Source: Ramlibacter sp. (GTDB lineage: Bacteria; Pseudomonadota; Gammaproteobacteria; Burkholderiales; Burkholderiaceae_C). From it: a DNA stretch of 16,974 nt. The translations under genes were made by a program, and so were the position numbers. Positions 6,811 to 16,478 of this stretch are shown one piece after another; within the stretch, counting starts at the first letter, position 1; each line of letters starts with the position of its first letter. The notes beneath the pieces are model-generated. The model searched no databases, had not been told where the DNA came from, and saw only the letters and a program-made list of their open reading frames with translations. The stretch lies in assembly GCA_035492155.1 (NCBI GenBank), contig DATJJL010000385.1:1-16974 (forward strand). Direction: 5' to 3'.

Positions 6811-8823
6811 TCAGGGCGAAACGGCTGCCGACGCGGCGCCGACGCTCGCCGCCGCAGACGTCGTGCCATTTGTCGGCGGCCAGGCGAATTGAGCGGCGGG
6901 CCGCTGCTTGCCGATAGGCGCCGTCGCCTGCGCCTTGCGCACGGCGGCGATGTCTTCTTCGCTCGGGTACAGGCCCGACAGGTAGTAGTCGAACGCACGG
7001 CGTGCGATGGGCGCGGCCGCCTGAGCGCCGAAGCCCGCGTTCTCGACGACCATCGCCACGGCGATCTTCGGGTCGTCCGCCGGGGCGTACGCAATATAGA
7101 GCGCGTGGTCGCGATGGCGCTCCTCCGTCTGCGAGGCGTTGTACTTGGCGCCTTGTGCGATGCCCACCACCTGCGCCGTTCCTGTCTTGCCGCCGCTCGT
7201 GTAGGGCGCGCCGCGGAATGCCGCGGCAGCAGTGCCCTCGATGTTCACGCCCACCATCGCGTTGCGCACGATCGCGATGTTCTCCGGTTTCGCGACGCGC
7301 TCGCCCACCGTTTGCTGCGTGGGCGACAGCACCGCCTCCTTGCTGACGACGTCGACCACCTTTTCGACGAGGTGCGGCTTCATCTTGATGCCGTTGTTGG
7401 CCAGCGTCGCGACAGCCTGCGCCATCTGCAGGATCGTGAAGCTGTTGTAGCCCTGTCCGATGCCCAGCGAGATCGTCTCGCCTGCATACCATTTCTGCTG
7501 CTCGGCCTTGCGGTAGGCCGCGCGCTTCCACGCTGTGGAGGGCAGCAGGCCCTTCGATTCGCCCTGGATGTCGATCCCCGTCAAATCGCCGAAGCCGAAC
7601 TTGTGGGTGTGCTCGTAGATCGCGTCCACGCCCAGGTCGTTGGCGACCATGTAGTAGTACGTGTCGCATGACAGCACGATCGAGCGGTACATGTCGACCG
7701 CGCCGTGGCCCTCGGGTTTGTCGTCGCGGAACTTGTGCCCGCCGAACCAGAAGAAGCCCGGGTCGTGGTAGACCTGCTCGGGGCGGCGCTTGCCTTCCTC
7801 CAGCGCTGCGATCGCCATATACGGCTTGTAGGTGGAACCCGGTGGGTATGTGCCGCGCAGCGCGCGATTGAGCAGCGGCTTGTCGATCGACTCGTTCAAG
7901 GCCGTCCAGTTTTCCGTGTCGATGCCGTCGACGAACAGGTTCGGGTCGAACGTCGGCTTGCTGACGAAGGCGAGCACTTCGCCGGTCTTCGGATCGATCG
8001 CGACGAAGGCGCCGCGGCGGTCGCCGTACAGATCCTCGACGAGACGCTGCAGCTTGATGTCCACCGACAGCTGCACGGTGTTGCCCGGTGTCGGCGGGTG
8101 GCTGCGCAGCTTGCGGATTGCGCGGCCGGCTGCGGAGGTTTCCACCGCTTCGACGCCGGTCACGCCATGAAGCTGCTCTTCGTAGCTTTGCTCGATGCCC
8201 AGCTTGCCGATGTATTCGGTGCCGCGATAGTTGGCCTGCCGCGCTTCCGGCCAGTCCTCCATCGCTTCCTTTTCGGACTGGTTCACGCGGCCGATGTAGC
8301 CGATCAGGTGACTCGCCAATTCGCCCCATGGGTAATTGCGGAACAGGCGCGCCTTGATCTCCACGCCCGGAAAGCGCCACGCGTTGGCCGCGAACTTCGC
8401 GACTTCCTCGTCGGTGAGCTTGGTGCGGATCGGCAGCGATTCGATCGACTTGTTTTCTTCGAGCAGCTTCTTGAAGCGCTTCTTGTCGCGCGGCTGCACT
8501 TCGATCACCTGCCCGATGTCGTCGATGACTTTGTCGAGCGGCGCCGTCACGCGCTGCGGCTGTATCTCGAGCGTGTAGGCCGAGTAATTGGTGGCAAGCA
8601 CGATGCCGTTGCGATCGAGGATCAGCCCGCGGTTCGGCACGATCGGCACGATCGCCGTGCGGTTCGCCTCGGCCTGCTCGGCAAGATCGGAGTGGCGCCA
8701 GATCTGCAGATAGGAAAGCCGAAGGCCAAGCAGCAGGAAGCACACGACCACGACAAGGCTCGCGGCGAACACGCGCAGCCGGAACTTCGACAGGTCCGCT
8801 TCGACGTTTCTGAGCTCGGTCAT
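6811..8823 (-). CDS. mrdA: penicillin-binding protein 2 (elongasome transpeptidase)
   Basis: ORF 6811..8874 trimmed to the ATG at 8821-8823 (MTELRNVEADLSKFRLRV...), with GGAG 10-13 nt upstream. Catalytic motifs are STYK (PPGSTYKP), SCD (VLSCDTYYY) and KTGTA. The 17 extra N-terminal codons in the track (MRVLCALCVRLFVERST) are a translation of the repeat arm. The last ~50 aa form an Ala/Ser/Pro-rich tail. Confidence 0.9.
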   Translation of the reverse strand: MTELRNVEADLSKFRLRVFAASLVVVVCFLLLGLRLSYLQIWRHSDLAEQAEANRTAIVPIVPNRGLILDRNGIVLATNYSAYTLEIQPQRVTAPLDKVIDDIGQVIEVQPRDKKRFKKLLEENKSIESLPIRTKLTDEEVAKFAANAWRFPGVEIKARLFRNYPWGELASHLIGYIGRVNQSEKEAMEDWPEARQANYRGTEYIGKLGIEQSYEEQLHGVTGVEAVETSAAGRAIRKLRSHPPTPGNTVQLSVDIKLQRLVEDLYGDRRGAFVAIDPKTGEVLAFVSKPTFDPNLFVDGIDTENWTALNESIDKPLLNRALRGTYPPGSTYKPYMAIAALEEGKRRPEQVYHDPGFFWFGGHKFRDDKPEGHGAVDMYRSIVLSCDTYYYMVANDLGVDAIYEHTHKFGFGDLTGIDIQGESKGLLPSTAWKRAAYRKAEQQKWYAGETISLGIGQGYNSFTILQMAQAVATLANNGIKMKPHLVEKVVDVVSKEAVLSPTQQTVGERVAKPENIAIVRNAMVGVNIEGTAAAAFRGAPYTSGGKTGTAQVVGIAQGAKYNASQTEERHRDHALYIAYAPADDPKIAVAMVVENAGFGAQAAAPIARRAFDYYLSGLYPSEEDIAAVRKAQATAPIGKQRPAAQFAWPPTNGTTSAAASVGAASAAVSP

Positions 8824-8874
8824 GGTCGATCGCTCCACGAACAGCCGAACGCAAAGGGCGCAAAGGACTCGCAA

Positions 8875-8898
8875 AAAGCGCGAAATAAAGTGCGCTTC
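8875..8898 (-). terminator. Weak terminator-like hairpin just after the GxxExxY stop (inside the cassette, upstream of mrdA)
   Basis: The minus strand reads GAAGCGC-ACTTTATTTC-GCGCTTTTTG. That gives a 6-7 bp stem, a 10-nt loop and a T5 run. The stem is short, so function is uncertain. Confidence 0.25.
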
Positions 8899-9229
8899 AC
8901 AGATTGTTCACCAGACGTTGGATTCCCTTGGTGACCGGGAAAGCATGGAAGTTGATCAGCAGGCCCAACTTGTGCCCAGAGACCGAACGCTCCACGATGA
9001 AATCCGCTCGATACAGCAGGCCGATGTCGTGGGACTTGTATCTCCCGTAGACGGGAACTTCCCTTCGATAGTTCAGGTCCGCGTGCGAAAGTTCAATTTC
9101 GAGAGCCGCCGCATACGCACTTTCCAGCAGGCCGACGCCGAGCACGCGTTGCACTTCGACCGCAGCACCAATGATTTCACGGCTGCAGTCGAGGTCCAGG
9201 ATGTCTTCGCTTTGCGCCCTTTGCGTCAT
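8897..9229 (-). CDS. GxxExxY family protein (PD-(D/E)XK-like fold), internally shortened, possibly degenerate
   Basis: 110-aa ORF from the ATG at 9227-9229. It has the hallmark GVGLLESAYAAAL (GxxExxY) and the C-terminal KLGLLINF...GIQRLVNNL. The first 8-9 codons (MTQRAQSE) are encoded by the heptamer repeat arm. Compared with typical ~125-aa members, a segment of about 20-25 aa is missing between ...RADFIVERSV and SGHKLGLLINF. That segment normally holds the (I/V)ExK strand and the following helix. Confidence 0.7.
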   Translation of the reverse strand: MTQRAQSEDILDLDCSREIIGAAVEVQRVLGVGLLESAYAAALEIELSHADLNYRREVPVYGRYKSHDIGLLYRADFIVERSVSGHKLGLLINFHAFPVTKGIQRLVNNL

Positions 9230-9261
9230 CTTTGCGCCTTTTGCGTTCGGCTGTTCGGTGT

Positions 9262-9780
9262 TCAGAGCGGCCGGTTCTCGTCCGGATCGGGTGCGCGGCG
9301 CTGCGGCGCGAGCAGCACGATGCTCGCGACCGGCCACAACACGGCCTCGAACACCGGCGCGAGCACGATGTCCCAGCCGGGGAAGATGCCGCCCGCAATC
9401 ATGCGGATGACCAGCGAGATCCCGTGCGCCGCTGCGAACACCGGGAACACCTGCAGTGCCTGCGACGGCACGGTGAACCACAGAAGCCGCCGGTGAATGG
9501 TGATGGCGAAGAAGTTCAGCGCCGTGTAGGCGAGCGCGTGCTGGCCCAGGAGCGATGCCTGGTGCACGTCCATCGCGAGGCCGAAGATGAATGCGGCGCC
9601 CACTCCCACACGCAGCGGCTGGTGCACGGCCCAGAAAACGAGCGTGAGCGCGAGCAGGTCCGGCGTCCAGGCCGTGCGGCCGATCGGCAGCATGTTGAGC
9701 AGCAGGGCGCCGAGCAGCGACATCCAGATGAAGGCCGGGCTGGCGGGCAGCAGCAGCGGCTGGCCGGGTCGCATGATCAT
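9262..9780 (-). CDS. mreD: rod shape-determining protein MreD
   Basis: 172-aa polytopic membrane ORF. Its ATG overlaps the mreC stop by 4 nt (ATGA at 9777-9780). It sits in the canonical position after mreC. Confidence 0.85.
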   Translation of the reverse strand: MIMRPGQPLLLPASPAFIWMSLLGALLLNMLPIGRTAWTPDLLALTLVFWAVHQPLRVGVGAAFIFGLAMDVHQASLLGQHALAYTALNFFAITIHRRLLWFTVPSQALQVFPVFAAAHGISLVIRMIAGGIFPGWDIVLAPVFEAVLWPVASIVLLAPQRRAPDPDENRPL

Positions 9781-10700
9781 GGCGCGGGCCCTTTCTTGTG
9801 GGCCCCGGGCGCGGGCGTTTCCGGCGCGGGACGCGGCGGCAACTGGCGCGCGGTGCTGCCCAGCACCATCACATACCGTCCACCCTCGACGCGGGCCTGC
9901 GGCACGCAGCTGATCCGCGCAAACCCTGCGTTGCCGCGGCGCTCGACCTTCACGACTTTCGCCACCGGCACGCCCGGCGGGTAAACGCCGTCGACACCGC
10001 TGGTCGTGAGCATGTCGCCGGGCTGCACGTCGGCGTTACCGGCCATGAAGCGCAACTCGAGCGGGCCGTCGTCGGATTTCGGGTCGCCGTAGGCCACGCT
10101 GCGAGCGCCGGTGCGCGAGTTGAGCACCGGGATCGCGTGATCCCGATCGGTGATCAGCGTGACCTCCGACACCAGGGGCAGCACGCGGGTGACCTGGCCG
10201 AGCACGCCCGATTCGTCGATGACCGGCGAGCCGGATTCGATGCCCTGCGCGAGTCCCTTGTCGATGATGATCTTGCGTGTGTAGGGATCGGGGGCGTCGT
10301 ACAACACCTCGGCCGCTGTGGCGGGCACGGTGATCCGCTCCTTGAGGGCGAGCAGCTCGCGCAGGCGTCTGTTTTCCAGCAGAAGCTCGTCGACCTGGTT
10401 GGCGCGCTGCGACTGCATGGCGAGCTTGAGGCGGGATTGCTCCTCGTTGGCCTGCGCGGTGGAGAGCGACTCGAAATAGCCGGCGGTGTAGCGCACGGCC
10501 AGCACGGGCCGCAGCGCGAGCCATTGCATCGGGTAAAGCACGGTGGCGACACCCGCGCGAATGGGCTGCGCAAGCTTGAAGCGCGTGTCGGCGACCATGA
10601 GGAACAGCGCGACGGCCGAGAACACCATCAGCTTGGACAATGCTGATGGCCCTTGCTTGAAGAAGGGCGGCGGCGTGCGGTCTAAAGTGCCGAGGGGCAT
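9777..10700 (-). CDS. mreC: rod shape-determining protein MreC
   Basis: 307-aa ORF. It has an N-terminal TM segment, a coiled-coil (ANEEQSRLKLAMQSQRANQVDELLLENRRLRELL), a beta-barrel core (GSPVIDESGVLGQVTRV...SGVDGVYPPGVPVAKV) and a Pro-rich tail. Confidence 0.9.
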   Translation of the reverse strand: MPLGTLDRTPPPFFKQGPSALSKLMVFSAVALFLMVADTRFKLAQPIRAGVATVLYPMQWLALRPVLAVRYTAGYFESLSTAQANEEQSRLKLAMQSQRANQVDELLLENRRLRELLALKERITVPATAAEVLYDAPDPYTRKIIIDKGLAQGIESGSPVIDESGVLGQVTRVLPLVSEVTLITDRDHAIPVLNSRTGARSVAYGDPKSDDGPLELRFMAGNADVQPGDMLTTSGVDGVYPPGVPVAKVVKVERRGNAGFARISCVPQARVEGGRYVMVLGSTARQLPPRPAPETPAPGAHKKGPAP

Positions 10701-10778
10701 GTCAATTCACTGCGGTGGCGCGATTGTCGCCGAGAGTGTGCCCGCGCAATCCCCTGGCAGAGCAGGAGAAACAAAAAC

Positions 10779-11939
<1,161 letters not shown>

Positions 11940-11950
11940 TTACACCTCCC

Positions 11951-12250
11951 ATGGCACTCGATTCGCAAGACATCGCGCGCATTGCCCATCTCGCGCGCCT
12001 GAAGCTCTCGCCCGAAGAGGGCGAACGCATGCAAACACAGATCAACGGCTTCTTCGACATCGTCGGGAAGATGCGCGCCGTCGACACCACCGGCATCGAG
12101 CCGCTCGCGCATCCCGTGGCGGCCATCGAAGACGTTCAGCTTCGCTTGCGCGACGACGTGGCGACGGAAGGCAATCAGCGCGAAGCCAATATGCAAAGCG
12201 CGCCGGCGGCGGAACGTGGCCTCTTCCTCGTGCCGAAAGTGATCGAGTAA
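11951..12250 (+). CDS. gatC: Asp-tRNA(Asn)/Glu-tRNA(Gln) amidotransferase subunit C
   Basis: ORF 11903..12250 trimmed to the ATG at 11951 ([23 protein letters not shown]...), giving 99 aa. The N-terminal motif is typical of GatC. The stop overlaps the gatA ATG (TAATG). Confidence 0.9.
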   Translation: MALDSQDIARIAHLARLKLSPEEGERMQTQINGFFDIVGKMRAVDTTGIEPLAHPVAAIEDVQLRLRDDVATEGNQREANMQSAPAAERGLFLVPKVIE

Positions 12251-13716
12251 TGGCGGCTCTGCATGAATTGACGGTGGCGCAGCTCGCCGCCGAATTGCGC
12301 TCGAAAAAGGTATCGGCCGCCGAAGTGGCAAAGCATTTCCTCGAGCGTGGACGCCAGCACGAATCGCTGGGCGCGTGGCTCGCGGTCGACGAAGGCGTGA
12401 CGCTGTCGCAGGCGCGCGCCGCCGACGAGCGAATCGCCAGGGGCGATGCCGCGCCGCTTCTGGGCGTGCCCATCGCGCACAAGGACATCTTCGTCACGAA
12501 GGATTTTCCGAGCACGGCAGGCTCGAAGATGCTCGCGGGCTATCGCTCGCCTTTCGATGCGACGGTAGTCGCCAAACTCGCCGAAGCCGGCTGCGTGACG
12601 CTGGGCAAATTGAACTGCGACGAGTTCGCGATGGGTTCGTCCAACGAGAACTCCGCATTCAAGCCGGTAAAAAACCCGTGGGACACAGCGCGTGTTCCGG
12701 GCGGCTCGTCCGGTGGAAGCGCTGCGGTGGTGGCCGCACGCGTCGCGCCTGCGGCAACCGGCACGGACACCGGCGGATCGATCCGCCAGCCCGCGTCCTT
12801 CTGCGGAATCACCGGCATCAAGCCGACTTACGGCCGCGCATCGCGCTACGGGATGATCGCTTTCGCATCGTCGCTCGACCAGGCAGGGCCGATGGCTCGC
12901 ACGGCCGAAGACTGCGCGATGCTGCTCTGTGCAATGTGCGGGCCGGACCCGGACCGCGATTCCACCTCGCTGGACATGCCGGCCGAAGACTTCACGAAGT
13001 CGCTGAATGCATCGATCGAAGGCCTGCGCATCGGCGTGCCGAAGGAGTTCTTCGGCGAAGGCCTTGCAAGCGATGTGCGATCGGCCATCGACGCTGCGCT
13101 GAAGGAATACGCGAAGCTCGGCGCGAAGATCGTCGAGGTGTCGCTGCCTCGCGCCGAAGTCGGCATTCCCGTGTACTACGTCATCGCGCCGGCCGAAGCA
13201 TCGTCGAACCTGTCGCGCTTCGACGGCGTGAAGTTCGGCCATCGCGCCAGGCAGTACGCCGACCTGATCGACATGTACAAGACGACGCGCGCCGAAGGCT
13301 TCGGCGACGAGGTCAAGCGCCGCATCATGATCGGCACGTACGTGCTCTCGCACGGCTACTACGACGCTTACTACCTGCAGGCGCAAAAGGTGCGCCGCAT
13401 GATCGCCGACGATTTCCAGAATGCGTTCAAGCAGTGCGACGTCATCGCCGGGCCCGTGGCTCCGACGGTCGCATGGCATCTGGGCGACCATGCGAAGGAC
13501 CCGCTCGCGGACTACCTCGCGGATTTCTACACGCTTCCCGGTTCGCTCGCGGGGTTGCCCGGCATGAGCATCCCTTGCGGGTTCGGCGAGGCAGGAATGC
13601 CTGTGGGTTTGCAACTGCTCGGCAACTATTTCGCCGAAGCCAAGCTGCTCAACGCGGCGCATCGCTTCCAGCAGGCGACGGATTTCCATTCGAAAAAACC
13701 GGGAGGCCTGCAATGA
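12250..13716 (+). CDS. gatA: Asp-tRNA(Asn)/Glu-tRNA(Gln) amidotransferase subunit A
   Basis: 488-aa ORF with the amidase signature [13 protein letters not shown]...[20 protein letters not shown] overlap with gatB. Confidence 0.95.
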   Translation: MAALHELTVAQLAAELRSKKVSAAEVAKHFLERGRQHESLGAWLAVDEGVTLSQARAADERIARGDAAPLLGVPIAHKDIFVTKDFPSTAGSKMLAGYRSPFDATVVAKLAEAGCVTLGKLNCDEFAMGSSNENSAFKPVKNPWDTARVPGGSSGGSAAVVAARVAPAATGTDTGGSIRQPASFCGITGIKPTYGRASRYGMIAFASSLDQAGPMARTAEDCAMLLCAMCGPDPDRDSTSLDMPAEDFTKSLNASIEGLRIGVPKEFFGEGLASDVRSAIDAALKEYAKLGAKIVEVSLPRAEVGIPVYYVIAPAEASSNLSRFDGVKFGHRARQYADLIDMYKTTRAEGFGDEVKRRIMIGTYVLSHGYYDAYYLQAQKVRRMIADDFQNAFKQCDVIAGPVAPTVAWHLGDHAKDPLADYLADFYTLPGSLAGLPGMSIPCGFGEAGMPVGLQLLGNYFAEAKLLNAAHRFQQATDFHSKKPGGLQ

Positions 13717-15161
13717 GCAACGCACGCCTCGTCCGCGGCTGGGAAGTCGTCATCGGCTTCGAGACGCACGCGCAGCTTTCGACGCAATCGAAGATCTTTT
13801 CGCGCGCGCCGACGGCCTTCGGCGCCGAGCCGAACACGCAAGCCTCGCCGGTGGACATGGCGCTGCCGGGCACGCTGCCCGTGATGAACGTGGGCGCGGT
13901 CGAGCGCGCCATCCGCTTTGGCCTGGCCGTGAACGCAAAGATCGCACCGCGATCCATTTTTGCGCGCAAGAACTATTTCTACCCCGACCTGCCCAAGGGC
14001 TACCAGATCAGCCAGTACGAAATCCCGGTCGTGCAAGGCGGCATCGTGGAGTTCTATCTCGGCGACGAGAAGAAATCCGTGCGCCTCGTGCGTGCGCACC
14101 TCGAGGAGGATGCCGGCAAGTCGCTGCACGAAGATTTCATCGGCCAATCGGGCATCGATCTGAACCGCGCCGGCACGCCGCTGCTGGAAATCGTCACCGA
14201 GCCCGACATGCGCTCGTCGGACGAAGCGGTGGCGTACGCGAAGGAGCTGCACAAGATCGTGACGTGGATCGGCATCTGCGACGGCAACATGCAGGAAGGC
14301 TCGTTCCGCTGCGACGCGAACGTCTCTGTACGACGCCCCGGCGAGCCCTACGGCACGCGCCGCGAGATCAAGAACCTGAACAGCTTCAAGTTCATGCAGC
14401 AGGCGATCGACTACGAAGTGCAGTGGCAGATCGACGAGCTGGAAGACGGCCGCAAGATCGAGCAAGCCACCGTGCTCTTCGACCCGGACACCGGCGAGAC
14501 ACGCGCGATGCGCACGAAGGAAGACGCGGCGGATTACCGCTACTTCCCCGATCCGGACCTGCCGCCGCTCGTGGTCTCGGGCGAATGGGTCGAGCGCGTG
14601 AAGTCGCAGATGGCCGAATTGCCGCGCGCCATGGCGGCGCGCTTCGTCGGCGACTACGGCTTGCCCGAGTACGACGCGACGACGCTCACCGCATCGAAGG
14701 CGATGGCGGACTATTTCGAAGATGCCGCGAAGCTGTCGAAACAACCGAAGCTTGCAAGCAACTGGGTGATGGGCGAGCTCTCGCGCCGAATCAATACGGG
14801 CGACACTGCGATCGAAGCGGCTCCCGTCTCTTCGAAGCAGCTGGCCGCGCTCATCGGCCGTATCGCCGACGGCACGATCTCCAACAACGCCGCCAAGCAG
14901 GTCTTCGACGCGCTGTGGAGCGGCGAGGGCAGCGACATTGACGCGCTTGTCGAGTCCAAGGGCCTCAAGCAGATGAACGACACCGGCGCGCTGGAAAAAA
15001 TCATCGACGAGGTGATCGCAACGAATGCCGACAACGTCGCGCAATACAAGGCGGGCAAGGAGAAGGCCTTCAACGCCCTGGTCGGCCAGGTGATGAAGGC
15101 CAGCCGCGGCAAGGCCAACCCGCAGCAGGTCAACGAGCTGCTGAAGAAGAAGATCGGGTAG
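13713..15161 (+). CDS. gatB: Asp-tRNA(Asn)/Glu-tRNA(Gln) amidotransferase subunit B
   Basis: The 928-aa track ORF (12375..15161) was trimmed to the ATG at 13713 ([24 protein letters not shown]...), giving 482 aa. The upstream part is an out-of-frame read through gatA. Canonical GatB N-terminus and C-terminal YqeY-like tail are present. Confidence 0.95.
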   Translation: MSNARLVRGWEVVIGFETHAQLSTQSKIFSRAPTAFGAEPNTQASPVDMALPGTLPVMNVGAVERAIRFGLAVNAKIAPRSIFARKNYFYPDLPKGYQISQYEIPVVQGGIVEFYLGDEKKSVRLVRAHLEEDAGKSLHEDFIGQSGIDLNRAGTPLLEIVTEPDMRSSDEAVAYAKELHKIVTWIGICDGNMQEGSFRCDANVSVRRPGEPYGTRREIKNLNSFKFMQQAIDYEVQWQIDELEDGRKIEQATVLFDPDTGETRAMRTKEDAADYRYFPDPDLPPLVVSGEWVERVKSQMAELPRAMAARFVGDYGLPEYDATTLTASKAMADYFEDAAKLSKQPKLASNWVMGELSRRINTGDTAIEAAPVSSKQLAALIGRIADGTISNNAAKQVFDALWSGEGSDIDALVESKGLKQMNDTGALEKIIDEVIATNADNVAQYKAGKEKAFNALVGQVMKASRGKANPQQVNELLKKKIG

Positions 15162-15780
15162 CCCAGATCGAGCGCAGGCGCACGAGTTCTTTGTCGTATT
15201 TCGCGTTGATGCGCTTCTTCTCGTCGTCCTGGTTGGCAACAAAGCGCTGCTGCGCCGCGAGCTCCTGCTCGTTGTCGGCGAGCCTATGTTTCAACTGCAG
15301 CGGCACCTTCGCCGGGTCCTTGCTGTAGAACTCGAGCTCGGTGTCGAGCTTCTTGCGGTCGGCATGCAATTCGTCGATGCGTTGGAGGGCGCTGCGAATG
15401 ACGTCGTCCACCGCAGCCAGCGCCTGGTTGCGCTCCTTGTCGTGCGTCAGCTTGTCCGGATACCGCGCGAGCAGCACCCGATCGCGCCTTTTCTCCTCGA
15501 CCTCGCGACTGCGTTCTTCGGCCGCACGGCGCGCTTTTTCATCCTGTGCCGCGCGTTCGGCGGCAGTGAGTGACGGGCCGATCCGGCGAACCACCTGCCC
15601 CGTCGGACTCAACTCGGTTTGTTCCCGGTCGATGCAATCGATGATCGGGCGGTCGGAGGTCAGGCGGTGGCCCTTCGCGTCGATGCACGTGTAGATGCCT
15701 TCGGCCCGCACGTCATTCGACAATGCCGAAAGCGCCGACCACAAGCCGGCGGCAATGACGCATCCCAACCAGCCGCGCAC
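15130..15780 (-). CDS. DUF4124 domain-containing periplasmic protein with charged coiled-coil region
   Basis: 216-aa ORF with GAGGA SD 5 nt upstream. It has a signal peptide and then [22 protein letters not shown], the DUF4124 signature. The rest is Glu/Arg/Lys-rich and helical. Its 3' end overlaps the gatB 3' end by 32 nt. Confidence 0.75.
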   Translation of the reverse strand: MRGWLGCVIAAGLWSALSALSNDVRAEGIYTCIDAKGHRLTSDRPIIDCIDREQTELSPTGQVVRRIGPSLTAAERAAQDEKARRAAEERSREVEEKRRDRVLLARYPDKLTHDKERNQALAAVDDVIRSALQRIDELHADRKKLDTELEFYSKDPAKVPLQLKHRLADNEQELAAQQRFVANQDDEKKRINAKYDKELVRLRSIWATRSSSSAAR

Positions 15781-15797
15781 GAATGTCCTCTACTTTT

Positions 15798-16478
15798 CTA
15801 GCTGACGCCGTAGCGTTCGCGATAGGCGAGCACCTGGGGATGCCAGCCGGCCAGCGCACCGCTGCCTTGCTGCGCCAGATACTGGAGCAAGTCGGCCAGG
15901 CGCGCAATTGAGCAAACCTGAAGGCGCAAGTGCGTTTCCACATACTGCACGGCGCTGTAATCGACGTCGCCGCCGTCCTCGGTGGCTTTTTCCTGACGAT
16001 CGAGCGCGATGGCCACCGCGTGCGGCGTCGCGCCCGCCTGCGTGATGAGCGCGATCGATTCGCGCACCGACGTGCCCGCGGAGATCACGTCGTCGATGAT
16101 CAGCACGCGGCCCTTCACCGGTGCGCCGACCAGCGTGCCGCCTTCGCCGTGGTCCTTCGCTTCCTTGCGGTTGTAGGCATAAGGCACGTTGCGCCCGAGC
16201 CGCGCCAGCTCGATCGCCACGGCCGCCGCGAGCGGGATGCCTTTGTAGGCCGGACCGAACAACATGTCGAACTCGATGCCCGACGCGAGGATGCGGCGTG
16301 CATAGAATTGCGCCAGCCGGCCGAGCTTGGCGCCGTCGTCGAACAGCCCCGCGTTGAAGAAGTAGGGCGAAAGACGTCCCGCCTTCGTCTTGAATTCGCC
16401 GAATCGCAGCACGCCGGCCTCGACCGCGAACTGAACGAACTCCTGCGCCAGTGCATCCTGGCCCGCATCCACCGTCAT
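15798..16478 (-). CDS. pyrE: orotate phosphoribosyltransferase
   Basis: ORF 15798..16541 trimmed to the ATG at 16476-16478 (MTVDAGQDALAQEFVQFAVEAGVLRFGEFKTKAGRLSPYFFNAG...), with AAGGA SD 8 nt upstream. PRPP-binding motif VLIIDDVISAGTS is present. 226 aa. Confidence 0.9.
   Translation of the reverse strand: MTVDAGQDALAQEFVQFAVEAGVLRFGEFKTKAGRLSPYFFNAGLFDDGAKLGRLAQFYARRILASGIEFDMLFGPAYKGIPLAAAVAIELARLGRNVPYAYNRKEAKDHGEGGTLVGAPVKGRVLIIDDVISAGTSVRESIALITQAGATPHAVAIALDRQEKATEDGGDVDYSAVQYVETHLRLQVCSIARLADLLQYLAQQGSGALAGWHPQVLAYRERYGVS

Larger units (their letters stand above)
8838..9257. mobile_element. Inverted-repeat-bounded cassette carrying a GxxExxY gene (candidate non-autonomous mobile or insertion element)
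   Basis: The arm at 8838-8865 (CGAACAGCCGAACGCAAAGGGCGCAAAG) matches the reverse complement of 9230-9257 at 27/28. Heptamer arrays continue inward: CGCAAAG/CGCAAAA at 8850, 8859 and 8870, and CTTTGCG/TTTTGCG at 9210, 9219, 9230 and 9239. The unit begins 4 nt past the mreD stop and ends 14 nt before the mrdA ATG. Confidence 0.5.

Noticed and set aside
6803-8934. Alternative-frame and antisense ORFs over mrdA: 6803..8863(-) of 686 aa, 7705..8934(+) of 409 aa, and the 17-codon N-terminal extension MRVLCALCVRLFVERST
   Set aside because: Only the frame with the STYK/SCD/KTGTA motifs is PBP2. The extension and the ...PNAKGAKDSQKA tail are translations of the repeat arm, not real coding sequence.
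12375-13712. Upstream 446 codons of the 928-aa ORF 12375..15161(+), which looks like a giant fusion protein
   Set aside because: This is an out-of-frame read through gatA with Arg-rich junk composition. Genuine GatB begins at the ATG 13713, which overlaps the gatA stop (ATGA).
12175-15242. Long antisense ORFs 12175..13725(-) of 516 aa and 13626..15242(-) of 538 aa, opposite gatA and gatB
   Set aside because: These are typical high-GC antisense open frames, Arg/Ala/His-rich with no motifs. The sense strand encodes unmistakable GatA and GatB.
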